Shown here piece by piece: positions 9,975-21,169 of a DNA stretch of 64,000 nucleotides; within the stretch, counting starts at the first letter, position 1, and the number at the start of each line of letters is the position of its first letter. Made by a program: the position numbers and the translations under genes. This stretch comes from an uncultured Chloroflexia bacterium (GTDB lineage Bacteria > Chloroflexota > Limnocylindria > Limnocylindrales > CSP1-4). The notes under the pieces are model-generated. The model did not search any database and was not told where the DNA came from. It worked only from the letters and a program-made list of their open reading frames with translations. Where the stretch lies: the NCBI GenBank assembly GCA_963748625.1, contig CAVVJT010000004.1, positions 288,001 to 352,000 of the forward strand, in the 5' to 3' direction.

Positions 9975-11378
9975 TCAGCCCTCCGCGGGCGGCACCGGAT
10001 CGGCGTCGCGGATCACGTCGAGCGGTCCCAAGGCGAGGCCATCGAGCTCCACGCCGAACGTGTCGTGATCCCCCACCAGGACGACCGCAGCCCGGTCGGG
10101 CCGGATGTGCTCCTGCGCGACGCGCTGGACGTCGGCGGTGGTCACCGCCTCGATGGCCTCGCGGTAGCGGGCGAGCTCGTCGTCGGGGAGGCGATGGACG
10201 AAGAGGCCCGCGAGTGACCCTGCCACGGGACCCGGGGTCTCGAAACGGAGCGGGAACACGCCGACCAGGAAGTCACGCGCGGCGCGCAGCTCGTCGTCCG
10301 TGACGGCGGTCTCGCGAATGCGCTCCAGTTCGGCGAAGAACTCCCGGAGCGCCGGCACCGTGGCCTCGGAGTTGACGGCCGCACGCGCGCTGAACGGGCC
10401 GGGGGCGCGCCGCAGGTCGAAGCCGGCACTGGCGCCGTACGTGTAGCCCTTCTCCTCGCGCAGGTTGCGATTCAGGCGGGAGTTGAAGAGACCGCCGAGG
10501 ATCATGCTCATGACCGACACGGCATGGAAGTCGGGGCTGCTGCGAGCGAGGCCCGGGTGGCCGATCCGGATCTCGGTCTGGACCGAGCCTGCCCGGTGGA
10601 CGACCCGCACGAAGCGCTCCGCCACGGCGCTCGTGGCGTCGATGGGCGCAGCATTGGCGGTGGGTCCGCCAGCCGGACCCTGCCACGCGCCGAGCAGCGA
10701 CTCGGCGATTCCCAGGGCGTCTTCGGGTTCGACGTCGCCGACGACCACCAGCGCGGACTGCGCAGGATGGAACGCGCGCTCGTGGACGGCCCGCAGGTGG
10801 TCCGGCTCAAGCAGGGCGACGGTCTCCGACGAGCCGCCCGCGGGACGGTGGTATGGGCTGGACGCGGCGTAGATCGAGGAGACGAACGCCTCCTCGGCAC
10901 GACGCCGCGGATCGGCCCTGGCCTGGAGCAGGTCGGTAAGACGCTCCTCCCGGAGGCGGTGCATCTCTGACTCGGGGAACGACGGACGGAGCACGACCTC
11001 AGCGAGGAGCTCCATGGCGGGTGCAAGGCGGCTGGCCGGAACGTCGAGCCCGGCGGACGTCGCATCCCAGCCGGCCTCGGCGTGGAGCGAGGCGCCCAGG
11101 CGCTCGGCAGCATCCGAGAGGGCGATGGCATCGTGGAGCTCCGTGCCCTCGGTGAGGCCGCGGGCGCCAAGGACCGTCGCGCCTCCCAGGGCGGACGGCT
11201 CGTCAGCGGCTCCGTTGCGGATCACGAGGGACGCGGTCACGAGCTCGCGGCCGGCCATCGGGGTCACCACGACCTGCAGGCCGTTGGGGAGCGCGGTGCG
11301 CACGGTGGCCGGGAACTCGTACGGCCGGGGGTCGCCCGGCACCGGGCGCGTGGTGATCATCGGACGCTCGGTGCTCAC
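9975..11378 (-). CDS. M16B (pitrilysin-family) peptidase, non-catalytic subunit
   Basis: LPNGL, SRLNRNLREEKGYTY; no HxxEH. Confidence 0.9.
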   Translation of the reverse strand: MSTERPMITTRPVPGDPRPYEFPATVRTALPNGLQVVVTPMAGRELVTASLVIRNGAADEPSALGGATVLGARGLTEGTELHDAIALSDAAERLGASLHAEAGWDATSAGLDVPASRLAPAMELLAEVVLRPSFPESEMHRLREERLTDLLQARADPRRRAEEAFVSSIYAASSPYHRPAGGSSETVALLEPDHLRAVHERAFHPAQSALVVVGDVEPEDALGIAESLLGAWQGPAGGPTANAAPIDATSAVAERFVRVVHRAGSVQTEIRIGHPGLARSSPDFHAVSVMSMILGGLFNSRLNRNLREEKGYTYGASAGFDLRRAPGPFSARAAVNSEATVPALREFFAELERIRETAVTDDELRAARDFLVGVFPLRFETPGPVAGSLAGLFVHRLPDDELARYREAIEAVTTADVQRVAQEHIRPDRAAVVLVGDHDTFGVELDGLALGPLDVIRDADPVPPAEG

Positions 11379-12748
11379 GCCGCCTCCTCGTCGCCGGCTT
11401 CGCCGCCGCTCGCGTCCCCGCCGGTCCCGCCGGTCTCGCCGCCGCCGGTCCCGCCGTCGGCCGCAGTGTCACCCGCGGCGGCGGGCACGTAGGTCAGGAT
11501 CACGCGGTTGTCCGCGCGGAAGACCTCGCGCGCGGCATCGCGGACCTGCTCGGCGGTGACCGCGAGGTAGCGCGGCAGGAGTGTGTTGATCAGGTCGGGG
11601 TCGTCGAAGAGACCCGCGTACTCCGAGAGGCGGCGCGCGCGCTCCTCCACGCGGGCGAGCGAGCCCAGCTCGTCGGCCTCGGTGAGGGCCTTGGCGCGGG
11701 CCATCTCGTCCTCGCCCGGGACTTCGGCGGCCAGGCGCTCCAGCTCCTCGAAGAAGGCGGCCTCCACCTGCTCCACCGGCACGTCCGACTTGACCGTTGC
11801 CACGCCGAGGCACACCGACGACCCGCCGACGAAACCCCACGTGCCGAGCTCCACGTCCTGCGCGATCCGCTCGTCACGGACGAGGCGCTTGTGGAGGCGG
11901 CTGCTCCGTCCGCCGGTGAGGAGCTGGCAGCCCAGCTCGAGGGCGTCGAGCCGCTCGTCGCCGTAGACGGGTGCCCGGAACCCGATGTAGAGCCGCGCGA
12001 GCGGGACCCGGTCCTCGACGGTCTCGCGACGCTCCTCGCCCAGGAGGGCCGGCAGCGACATGTCGGGCAGCGGCGGGATGGCCGGGTTGGCGGGGATCGG
12101 CCCGAAGTACCGCTCGGCCCAGGCCATGACCTGGTCGTGCTCGCAGTCCCCTACCACGGCGAGCGTCGCGTTGTTGGGCGCGTAGTAGGTGGCGAAGAAC
12201 TCGCTGACGTCCTCGAGCGACGCGGCGTCGAGGTCCTCCATCGAGCCGATCGTGGGATGGTGGTACGGGTGGTCCTCGGGATAGAGGTGGCCGAAGAGCT
12301 TCTGGACCCAGCTGCCGTACGGGCGGTTGTCGTAGCTCCAGCGCTTCTCGTTCTTGACCACGTCGCGCTGGTTGTCCAGGTTCTCCTGGCTGAGTGCGTC
12401 GAGGAGGGTGCCCATCCGGTCGGCCTCCAGCCAGAGCGCGAGCTCCAGCTGGTGCGACGGCAGGGTCTCGTAGTAGTTGGTCCGGTCCAGCCAGGTGGTC
12501 CCGTTGAGCGTGCCACCGGCGGCCTGCACGAGCTGCATGTGCTCTGTCTTGCCGACGTTCGCGGAACCTTGGAACATCACGTGCTCGAACAGGTGCGCAA
12601 AGCCGGTCTTGCCTGGGACCTCGTGTTTCGAGCCGACGTTGTACCAGATGTGGACACCCACGACGGGCGCGAGATGGTCCTCGGCGATGATCACGCGGAG
12701 GCCGTTGGGGAGACGCTCGTCGGTGAACGCGACGACGGGAACGGGCAT
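11375..12748 (-). CDS. M16B zinc peptidase, catalytic subunit
   Basis: GFAHLFEHVMFQGS (HxxEH), DRTNYYE. Confidence 0.95.
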   Translation of the reverse strand: MPVPVVAFTDERLPNGLRVIIAEDHLAPVVGVHIWYNVGSKHEVPGKTGFAHLFEHVMFQGSANVGKTEHMQLVQAAGGTLNGTTWLDRTNYYETLPSHQLELALWLEADRMGTLLDALSQENLDNQRDVVKNEKRWSYDNRPYGSWVQKLFGHLYPEDHPYHHPTIGSMEDLDAASLEDVSEFFATYYAPNNATLAVVGDCEHDQVMAWAERYFGPIPANPAIPPLPDMSLPALLGEERRETVEDRVPLARLYIGFRAPVYGDERLDALELGCQLLTGGRSSRLHKRLVRDERIAQDVELGTWGFVGGSSVCLGVATVKSDVPVEQVEAAFFEELERLAAEVPGEDEMARAKALTEADELGSLARVEERARRLSEYAGLFDDPDLINTLLPRYLAVTAEQVRDAAREVFRADNRVILTYVPAAAGDTAADGGTGGGETGGTGGDASGGEAGDEEAA

Positions 12749-12863
12749 GCGGGCGGGGTTCCTCCGGTGGGGCGGGTACGGGGATTGTACGGGTCGCGGG
12801 CGTCGGCCCCCCGCGGAACACCCGCCGGCCGCCCACATCCGGACGGGGCCCGCCGTCGCCTTC

Positions 12864-12904
12864 TTGACAACGCCTCGGCTCGTGTTAGATGATCATCTAA
12901 CACG
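12864..12904 (+). promoter_or_regulatory. Promoter (TTGACA -35) overlapped by a perfect 24-bp palindromic operator
   Basis: TTGACA at 12864-12869; CGTGTTAGATGA|TCATCTAACACG at 12881-12904. Confidence 0.8.
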
Positions 12905-12925
12905 CGTTCGATCAGTCAGGATGTC

Positions 12926-13999
12926 ATGCGTACAGCCGCCAGGCCTACCCTGCCCGCTGCCCCCTCGCCGGCCCCGCTCCGCCGTGTCGGCGCGATGGCG
13001 GACCTTCCCGCGACATTCGACATCCGCACGGCATTCGACTTCGCGATCAGCCTTGCCGTGGAGGTGGGTGAGCACGACGAGCTGCCCGCCGAAGACCGCA
13101 CCTGGCTTGACCAGGCTCGTGGCTCACTCCCCGAGCGGGTCCGCGCCACCGTCGAGGACGAGCTGTGCATCTTCGCCGCCGGCCTCGTGGTCGATCATCC
13201 CGAGGTGACGGACGCTGCAGGCGTGGTGGACCTCCTCCGCGCCACAGCCGGCGCGACCTTCGCCCGGGCGATCCTCGCCGAGGGCCTGCGCGACCCCGAG
13301 CGCCAGGCGGACGTCGCGGCAGCGCTCGGCGGCGACCGCGACGCGATGGCCCGCGTGACCGACGCCTGGCCCACGTCCAAGCGGGACTGGGTCGGCCGGC
13401 TCGTCGATGATCCCGACAGCCTCGTGGGCGACCTCGTCGAGCTGCTGGACGCCTGGCTCCCTCGCTATCGGGAGATCGAGCCGAGAGTCCGCTCGATCAT
13501 CACCCGCGACGTCGAGCTCCGGGCCGCGGATCGCGCCGCGCTGCCGCCGGCCGAGCTCGTCGAGCGGACCACCAACGGCATCCGCTGGCTGTCCGAACCC
13601 GGCGTGCGACGCGTCGTGCTGGCGCCGTCCTACCTCGTGCGCCCGTACAACTTCACGTTCGCCGGCGGGGACTGGCGGCTCTTCGTGTACCCCGTCGCTG
13701 ATGCCGCCCTGGAGCCTCACGATCCTTACGCCCCACCGGTGGCCCTGCTCCGCCTGCACCGGGCGCTGGGTGACGAGTCGCGGCTGCGGATCCTGCGCCT
13801 GCTGCGGGACCGCGACTGCTACCTGACCGAGATCGCGGAGCGCATGGAGCTGTCCAAGCCCACGATCAAGCACCACCTCGCCCACCTGCGGGCAGCCGGT
13901 CTCGTGACCCTGACCGAGGAGGGCGGGCTCTCCTACTACAGCTTGCGACGCGAACGGCTCGACGACGCCTCGTCGGAGCTCAAGCGCTACCTGGCCTAG
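12926..13999 (+). CDS. ArsR/SmtB regulator with long N-terminal domain (DUF5937-like)
   Basis: C-terminal ALGDESRLRILRLL...TIKHHLAHLRAAGLV winged HTH. Confidence 0.85.
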   Translation: MRTAARPTLPAAPSPAPLRRVGAMADLPATFDIRTAFDFAISLAVEVGEHDELPAEDRTWLDQARGSLPERVRATVEDELCIFAAGLVVDHPEVTDAAGVVDLLRATAGATFARAILAEGLRDPERQADVAAALGGDRDAMARVTDAWPTSKRDWVGRLVDDPDSLVGDLVELLDAWLPRYREIEPRVRSIITRDVELRAADRAALPPAELVERTTNGIRWLSEPGVRRVVLAPSYLVRPYNFTFAGGDWRLFVYPVADAALEPHDPYAPPVALLRLHRALGDESRLRILRLLRDRDCYLTEIAERMELSKPTIKHHLAHLRAAGLVTLTEEGGLSYYSLRRERLDDASSELKRYLA

Positions 14000-14024
14000 C
14001 CGGCCATCAAGGAGGTCCACACCG

Positions 14025-14231
14025 ATGCCTGACCAGCTGAACATCAACGGCACCGACTTCCTCGCCCACGAGCGCGCGGGCGATCTGCGCTCGACGGCAC
14101 ATGAGCTTCACGGCATCCCGAAGCCCCAGGGACTTGCCCATGCCCACGGCGGCCGCGTGCAGCGTGTGCGTGCCACGCTCGGCCGCCGGCTGATCTCCCT
14201 GGGCTCGGCCGTGGCCGGCCACCACGACTGA
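14025..14231 (+). CDS. Small hypothetical protein (68 aa)
   Basis: Strong AAGGAGG RBS before ATG; directly follows the ArsR gene. Confidence 0.7.
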   Translation: MPDQLNINGTDFLAHERAGDLRSTAHELHGIPKPQGLAHAHGGRVQRVRATLGRRLISLGSAVAGHHD

Positions 14232-14270
14232 GGTGGCGCGCCGTGACGGTGACGCGGAGGCCGGAGACAG

Positions 14271-14696
14271 CTAGATCGGGAGCAGCACCAGCAGGACGGT
14301 GAACGGCAGGGCGAGCAGCAGCGAGTCGCGCGTGAGGCGCCCGGCCGCGGCAAGGTCTGCCTTGTGCGCCGCCGTATCAGCCACCGTCTGCATCGACACG
14401 TGGCCATCACCGAAGTTGCTGTTGCCCGAGATGGCGTAGCCGGCGCAGAAGCGGCGCCGGGCCTGGAGCCACGAGAAGAAGCCGCCCCACAGCGGGAACA
14501 GCACCAGCAGACGTGCCCAGGACGGGGCGCCGATGGCCAGGAGCACTCCGAACAACGCTGCCGCGGCCACAAACGCGACGATCGCGAACGCCCGCCGGCG
14601 GCGGATCTCCCACGGCCCGATGTTGCACGCCCCCGCCACGTACTCGTGACCCGGCACCGGCGCGATGGGGGTGATGTTGCTGGACAGGCCTGTCAT
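14271..14696 (-). CDS. Small membrane protein with CNIG and RRRFC motifs
   Basis: GGAGG RBS; YVAGACNIGPWEIRRRR followed by three hydrophobic helices. Confidence 0.75.
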   Translation of the reverse strand: MTGLSSNITPIAPVPGHEYVAGACNIGPWEIRRRRAFAIVAFVAAAALFGVLLAIGAPSWARLLVLFPLWGGFFSWLQARRRFCAGYAISGNSNFGDGHVSMQTVADTAAHKADLAAAGRLTRDSLLLALPFTVLLVLLPI

Positions 14697-14811
14697 GGAT
14701 CCTCCGGAACGGACGCGAACGCTTCCTATGTTCATGTTCGCGCATCGGGAACCGATGGATGGGAGGAGGCTCGCGCACGTCGCGGGCGATCCGCCGGTAG
14801 ACTCCCGGCCC

Positions 14812-15450
14812 ATGAACCGTCGCGTCCCCTTCTTCGCCGTCGCGCTTGGCCTCCTGCTCACGGCCGGGAGCGCCATCCCCGTCCTTGCCCACGCCGAGCT
14901 CGTGACGTCAGACCCGGAGGCGGGCTCCACGGTCTCCGATGTCACCGAAGTGACCCTCGCGTTCAACGAGGCGCTCAAGAGGAGCGTCTCGTCCTTCAAG
15001 CTGATCGGGCCGGATGGGACCACGATCGGCACGGGAACGATTTCCAGTCCCAGGAGGATGTCGTTGTCCGGCCTCTCCCTGGGCCCTGGCGAGCACACCG
15101 TGAAGTGGACAGCCGCGGGCCAGGATGGCCACATCGATCGCGCCAAGTTCACGTTCACCGTCGAGGCCTCGCCCGAGACCGAGCCACCCGCCGCTACCGA
15201 CGCGCCGGCGGCCGCCCCGGCGGCCGGGGTGCCGGTCGCCACCGCGACACCGGCGTCGTCGACCAACGCTCCCACCGCTGCGCCGACGACCTCCGCGCCG
15301 ACCGCCGCGCCGACCGCCGCGCCGAGCGCTGCGCCCGAAACCGCCCCCGCTTCGACGTCCGGCACGGATGTCCTCCTGCCGATTGTCGGCGGCCTCGTGA
15401 TCGTCGGCCTCGTTGGCGCCCTCGTGCTGCGCCGAAGCCGCGCGGCCTGA
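14812..15450 (+). CDS. copC: CopC copper-binding protein with C-terminal membrane anchor
   Basis: Signal peptide then HAELVTSDP (mature His1), DGH motif. Confidence 0.85.
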   Translation: MNRRVPFFAVALGLLLTAGSAIPVLAHAELVTSDPEAGSTVSDVTEVTLAFNEALKRSVSSFKLIGPDGTTIGTGTISSPRRMSLSGLSLGPGEHTVKWTAAGQDGHIDRAKFTFTVEASPETEPPAATDAPAAAPAAGVPVATATPASSTNAPTAAPTTSAPTAAPTAAPSAAPETAPASTSGTDVLLPIVGGLVIVGLVGALVLRRSRAA

Positions 15451-15454
15451 CCGG

Positions 15455-16980
15455 GTGAGCACGGGTCCGCGCGCACTGGTCGCGCGCCTCACGGGAGCGT
15501 CGCTCGCGCTGCTCGCGATCATCGCCCTGCCGGCGACGGTCGCCGCCCACGGCATGTCGCCCGTGTACCAGAGCCCGCTGCCCCTCGCGGTCTACCTGGT
15601 TGGCGCGGGCGCAACCGTCGCGCTCTCGTTCGTGTTCATCCTCGCGCGCAACCTGCGGGCCGCCCCGTACCCGTCACCGGTCCCCGTCCGCGTGCCGCGC
15701 CTGGTCAGGGTCGGGCTACGCGCCCTGGGACTGGCGGCGTGGACCTGGATCATGGTCCAGGGCATCGTGGGCGGCAGCTCGACGGCGGCCGTCGCTCCGC
15801 TGTTCCTGTGGATCTACGGCTGGGTGGGGCTCGCGGTCATCTCGGCGCTCTTCCTGCCGGTCTGGGAGTGGCTCGATCCCTTCGCGACCCTCCACGACAT
15901 CCTCGCCTGGATCGTGCGGCGCATGGGCGTGAAGGCGTGGAAGCCTGCCGCCCTGCCGAGGAGGCTGCGCCACTGGCCGGCCACCATCGGATTCGCCTTC
16001 TTCGTCTGGGTTGAGCTCGTGGCCGCACCCGGAAGCTCCACGCTCACCATCGTGCTCGCGGCGTACACCCTGCTGACGCTGGCCCTCATGGCCCAGTACG
16101 GCCGGGACCGCTGGCGCGGCGAGGGCGAGGTGTTCACCGTGTGGTTCCGCACCCTCAACCGGCTGGCTCCACTCGGTGTGGCCCGACGCGATGCCGCGGG
16201 CGCCGCCGTGCCGGCACGCATCGAGGACACGCCGGATCCCGCGATCCTCGTGCGGAGCGTCGTTCGCCTCGGGCCTGCTCGATGCGGCGTGGACCCCGCC
16301 CGTGATCGTGCTGGTGGCGCTCGGGACGGCATCGATCATCTTCGACGGCGCCAGCCAGACCGTGGTGTTCGCCACCATCTTCGGAGCACCCTCGCTGCTG
16401 GCCAAGACGCTGCTGCTGCTGGCCTGGCTCGGCCTCGTCTCGCTGGCGGCGCTGTGGGTCGCGCGGGCCGTCAGCCCGGGGGCGATCGGCGCGGGTCTGC
16501 TGCCGATCGCGGTCGGCTACCTCGTCGCCCACTACCTGACCTGGCTCCTGATCGACGGCCAGACGATCGTGATCGCGGCCTCCGACCCGGTCCAGCAGGG
16601 CTGGGACCTGTTCGGGACGGCGTTCTACGAACCGTCAGCGGGCTGGCTGCCACCGGGCCTCGTGTGGACCATGCAGCTGGCCGCGGTGGTCGGCGGGCAC
16701 ATGCTGGGCGCGTGGGCCGGCCACGTCACCGCCCTGCGTGACCTCGAGGTGGTCGCGCCAGGCAACGGCAACGGGCACAACCACCGGGACCTCCGCGCAT
16801 CGCACGATCCACGACCCCGCTCCCCTGCCCTCGGCGCGCCACATCCGGGCGCGCGAGATCCCGCTGGCGATCGTGATGGTCAGCCTGACGGTCCTGACGC
16901 TGTGGTCCCTGGGACAGGCGATCGTGATGGATGAGGGCCTTGAAGCCCGCACCGACCCGGGGCTGGCGCTGCGCCGCTGA
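15455..16980 (+). CDS. Polytopic membrane protein ('fenitrothion hydrolase' FedB-like), with two apparent frameshifts (~16257, ~16800)
   Basis: Coding frame moves between ORFs 15413, 16176 and 16738; LLPIAVGYLVAHY, SDP..GWDLFGT and VGGH motifs. Confidence 0.7.
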
Positions 16981-17067
16981 CCCAGGCGTGTTCCCTGGGC
17001 CGATCGGAAGCCGGCCCGGACCGGCGGCGCAGACAGGATCCGGCGGCCGGGACCGGACGCGGGCCGT

Positions 17068-17551
17068 CTACTCGGCGGTGATCCGGTCGAGATGGAGCTC
17101 CGCGTCGAACAGGTTCATGCCGCTGTCCACGAGGTCCAGCAGCGCGGCCATCGTCCGCTCCTCCTCCACCTGCTCCTCGATGAACCACTGGAGGAACTGG
17201 AGGCTGCGATTGTCCTGCGCCTCGCGGGCGGCGTTGCCCAAGCGCCTCGAACTGGGCGGTCACCTTGCGCTCGCTGGCCTGGGCGACCTCGATCGCGGCG
17301 CGGGCCGAGGCATACTCGGTGGGGGCACCGGGCACTGCGGGCAGGGAGAAGGTGACGTCGTTGTCGACGAGGAACTCGATGATCTTGGAGCCGTGCTCGG
17401 CCTCCTCGATCGACTGGTCGCGGAAGAGCTTCGCCCAGCCGTTGAGGCTCTGGCGGGTGAAGTAGATCGAGATGCCCAGGTAGACCTGGTGGGCCCCGAA
17501 CTCGCTGCCCACCTGGGCGATGAGGAGCTTGCGCGGCTGGTCGGCGATCAT
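17068..17551 (-). CDS. ftnA: Ferritin (non-heme), apparent frameshift near 17240
   Basis: E..A...Y, EEAEH, then FLQWFIEEQVEEE in the shifted frame. Confidence 0.85.
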
Positions 17552-17658
17552 CGGGAGCCTCACTGACGGTGCGTGTCCCCCGATGCTACGCCTGCCCGCC
17601 GATGTCGGCCCGCCGGGGGTCACTCCCGTCCCGCCGCCGCGACGCCAGCCCGAAGCTG

Positions 17659-20600
17659 TCAGACGGCCGGCGGCACCCACTCGGTGATCGGGCGGACCTC
17701 GGCGATCCCGTCCTGGATCGCGGGCTCCAACGCCTCGGCGGCAGCGATGCCGGTCTCGATCGCCGTCAGGCAGAGGATGCCCTCGTTGATCGTTGCGAGG
17801 CGGATCTCGGCGGCGTCGCGGACGGCGCCGGAGCGCGGCGTTGGCGTGTTGACCACCAGCCGGACCTTGCCGCCGGCGATCGCGTCGAGGATCGCCTCCT
17901 CGTCGCCCACGGGCGCCTCGCCCAGCTTGGCGACCGGCAGTGCGTCCAGCCCGGCAGCGGCCAGACTGCGCGCGCGTCCCCGGGGTCGCGGCCAGCCGGT
18001 AGCCGGCCCGATCGAGGGCCCGCGCCACCCGCAGGAGGCCCCACTTGTCACGGTCGGCGATGGACAGCAGCGCGACCGGCGCCTCCTCCCCCGCCCCGGC
18101 GCGCGGTGGGACCAGCGCGGCCCCGACCAGCGCCTTGGCCATCGCGACTCGCGGATCCACCGCGATCCCGATGACCTCGCCCGTGGACTGCATGAACGGG
18201 CCGACGGACGGATCGACGCCCTTGAGCTTCGCCGTCGAGAACGCCGGCGCCTTGACGGCGACGAAGGCCGGGGGCGGCATGTGCCCGCGGGCCCAGCCGA
18301 GCTCGCGCAGGGTGGCGCCCAGCGAGATCCGCACGGCCAGCTCCACCATCGGCACACCGGTGACCTTGGACAGGAACGGCACGGTGCGCGATGCGCGCGG
18401 GTTGACTTCGATCAGGTAGACGCCGTCATCGCGGACGATGAACTGGGCGTTGACCAGGCCCCTGGCGCCGAGCGCGAGACAGATGCGCTGCATCGTCTCC
18501 ACGATGAGCGACTGGTCCCCCTCGGACACGCTCTGCGGCGGGAACCACGCGATTGAGTCGCCCGAGTGGATGCCAGCCCGCTCCACGTGCTCCAGGAGCC
18601 CCGGGATCAGGACCTCGGTGCCGTCGCAGACCGCGTCGATGTCCACCTCGATGCCCTCGAGAAACCGGTCGATGCGCACGGGCCGGTCGGGATCGACGAT
18701 GGCGGCCGACGCGAGGTGACGCGCCAGGTCCTCGGGCGAGTAGGCGAAGTCGATGGCAAGCCCGCCGATGACGAAGGACGGACGGACGATGACCGGGTAG
18801 CCGATCCGCTCGGCCAGGGTCAGCGCCTCCTCGATGGTCTCGGCCATGCCACCCTCGGGCTGGGGAATGCCCAGGCGGTCCAGCAGCGCGGAGAAGCGGG
18901 TGCGCTCCTCGGCCTGGTCGATGGCTTCGAGGTCCGAGCCGAGCAGGGGCACACCGGTGGCCACCAGCGGCGCGGCGAGGTTCAGGGGCGTCTGCCCGCC
19001 GAAGGCGACGACTGCCGGTAGGGGGTCCGCCGCATCCGGGCTCTCGAACTCGATGATCGACCGGACGGACTCCACATCGAGCGGCTCGAAGTAGAGGCGG
19101 GTGGATGCGTCGAAGTCGGTGGAGACGGTCTCGGGGTTGGAGTTGACCATCACCGCCGACCACCCCAGGCGGCGGAGGGTGTCGGCCGCCTGCACGGCGC
19201 AGTAGTCGAACTCGATCCCCTGCCCGATCCGGACCGGGCCACTGCCGATGACCAGGGCGGCGGGCCGCAGGACGGGCGGCGCCTCGGGGGGCGAGCCTGC
19301 CGACGCGTAGGTGGAGTAGAAGTACGGGGTCTCGGCCGCGAACTCGGCGGCGCAGGTGTCCACCATGGCGTACCCGGGCCGCAGGCCGAGCGCGTGGCGG
19401 GCGCCGCGCACGGCGGCCTCGTGCATGCCGGAGAGCGCGGCCAGGTCCTTGTCCGCGAACGAGGCCCGCTTCACGGTCGCAAGGAGCGCGGCCGCCTCGC
19501 CATCCTCGGGGTCCACCAGCCGCGCGCCCATCGCCCGCACGTCCGCCTCCAGGCCGATGTTGCGGCCCATCTCGGCGAGGAACCAGGCATTGATCCCGGT
19601 CGCGCGGCGGACCACCTCCTGCGGCACGCCCCGGCGCAGCAGACCGAGGACCCGCCACAGGCGCGAGTCGGACGGCTCCAGGAACCGTCGCAGCACGATC
19701 GGTGCGGCCGAGCGCTGGGCGAGCCGGGTGCTCTCGCAGGCCTGCCCGTCGGCGTCGATCCAGCGGATGGGTGCATCCTCGATCGTGAGCGTGTCGAGCC
19801 CGCCCACGCCCACGCGGATGCCGTCGCCCTCGTCGTCGTGGGCCACCCCCCCGTAGACCCCGGCGAGGTAGTCGAAGGTCGGGCCCCAGGACGGGTCTTC
19901 GCCCATCGGCCCGGCACCCGCCTGCTCCAGGCCCCGGAGCGCCTTGTTGAGCGCGGAGCCGAAGGTGCGGTCGATCGCCATGACCTCGCCGGTGGCCTTC
20001 ATCTGGGAGCCCAGGCGGCGGTCGGCGGTCGGGAACTTGTCGAACGGGAAACGAGGCAGCTTGACCACGACGTAGTCAAGCGCGGGCTCGAACGCGGCGA
20101 CCGTCGTGCCCGTCACCACGTTCGGGATCTCGGCCAGGGTTCGGCCGGCGGCAATCTGCGCCGCGACACGGGCGATCGGGTATCCGGTGGCCTTCGACGC
20201 CAGCGCGGACGAGCGCGACACGCGCGGGTTGACCTCGATCACCGCATAGTCGGTCGAGTCGGGCGAGAGCGCGAACTGGACGTTGCAGCCGCCCTCGACA
20301 CCCAGGCCGCGGATGATCGCGAGCGCCGCGGAGCGCAGTCGCTGGTGCACGGTGTCCGTCAGGGTCTGGACGGGCGCCACCACGATCGAGTCGCCCGTGT
20401 GCACGCCGAGCGGGTCCACGTTCTCCATCGAGCACACGGCGATGCACGTGTCCTCGTGGTCGCGCATGACCTCGTACTCGATCTCCTGCCAGCCCGACAG
20501 GTAGCGCTCGATCATGACCTGCTTGATGGGGCTCGCCCGCAGGCCGGACCGGATGCGCTCCCAGTAGGCCTCGGCGGTGTCGACGATGCCGCCGCCGGTG

Positions 20601-21169
20601 CCGCCCAGGGTGAACGCCGGCCGGATGATCGCCGGCAGGCCGATGAGCTCCAGCGCCACCTGTGCAGAGGCATGCCGGGCCTCGTCATCGGCACCTTCCA
20701 CGATGGCCGACGGCGCGTACGGCTGGCCGAGACGGTCGAGGAGGTCACGGAAGGCCTCGCGGTCCTCCGCCATGTGGATCGCCTCGAGCGGCGTGCCCAG
20801 CAGGCGCACATTGTGGCGCTCCAGGACGCCGGCCTGGGACAGCGCCATCGCCAGGTTCAGCGCGGTCTGGCCGCCGAGGCCCGCCAGGAGCCCCTCGGGC
20901 CTCTCGCGCGCGATCACCGCCTCGATCGCGGGCACGGTGAGCGGCTCCAGGTACACGGCGTCCGCCACGGTCGGGTCGGTCATGATCGTGGCCGGGTTGG
21001 AGTTCACGAGGATCGTGCGAACGCCCTCGGCGCGCAGCGCGCGGCACGCCTGGGTGCCCGCGTAGTCGAACTCCGCCGCCTGGCCGATGACCACCGGGCC
21101 GGAACCCAGGATCAGCACGGACGCGGGCTTCGGCCGGTGGGCGCGCGCCGGAGGTTGCGGCAGCGTCAT
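17659..21169 (-). CDS. carB: Carbamoyl-phosphate synthase large subunit; apparent frameshift near 17970 in the MGS domain
   Basis: GSGPVVIGQAAEFDYAG, NSNPATIMTD, EVNPRVSRSS, second ATP-grasp; C-terminus continues in ORF 17659-18357. Confidence 0.95.
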
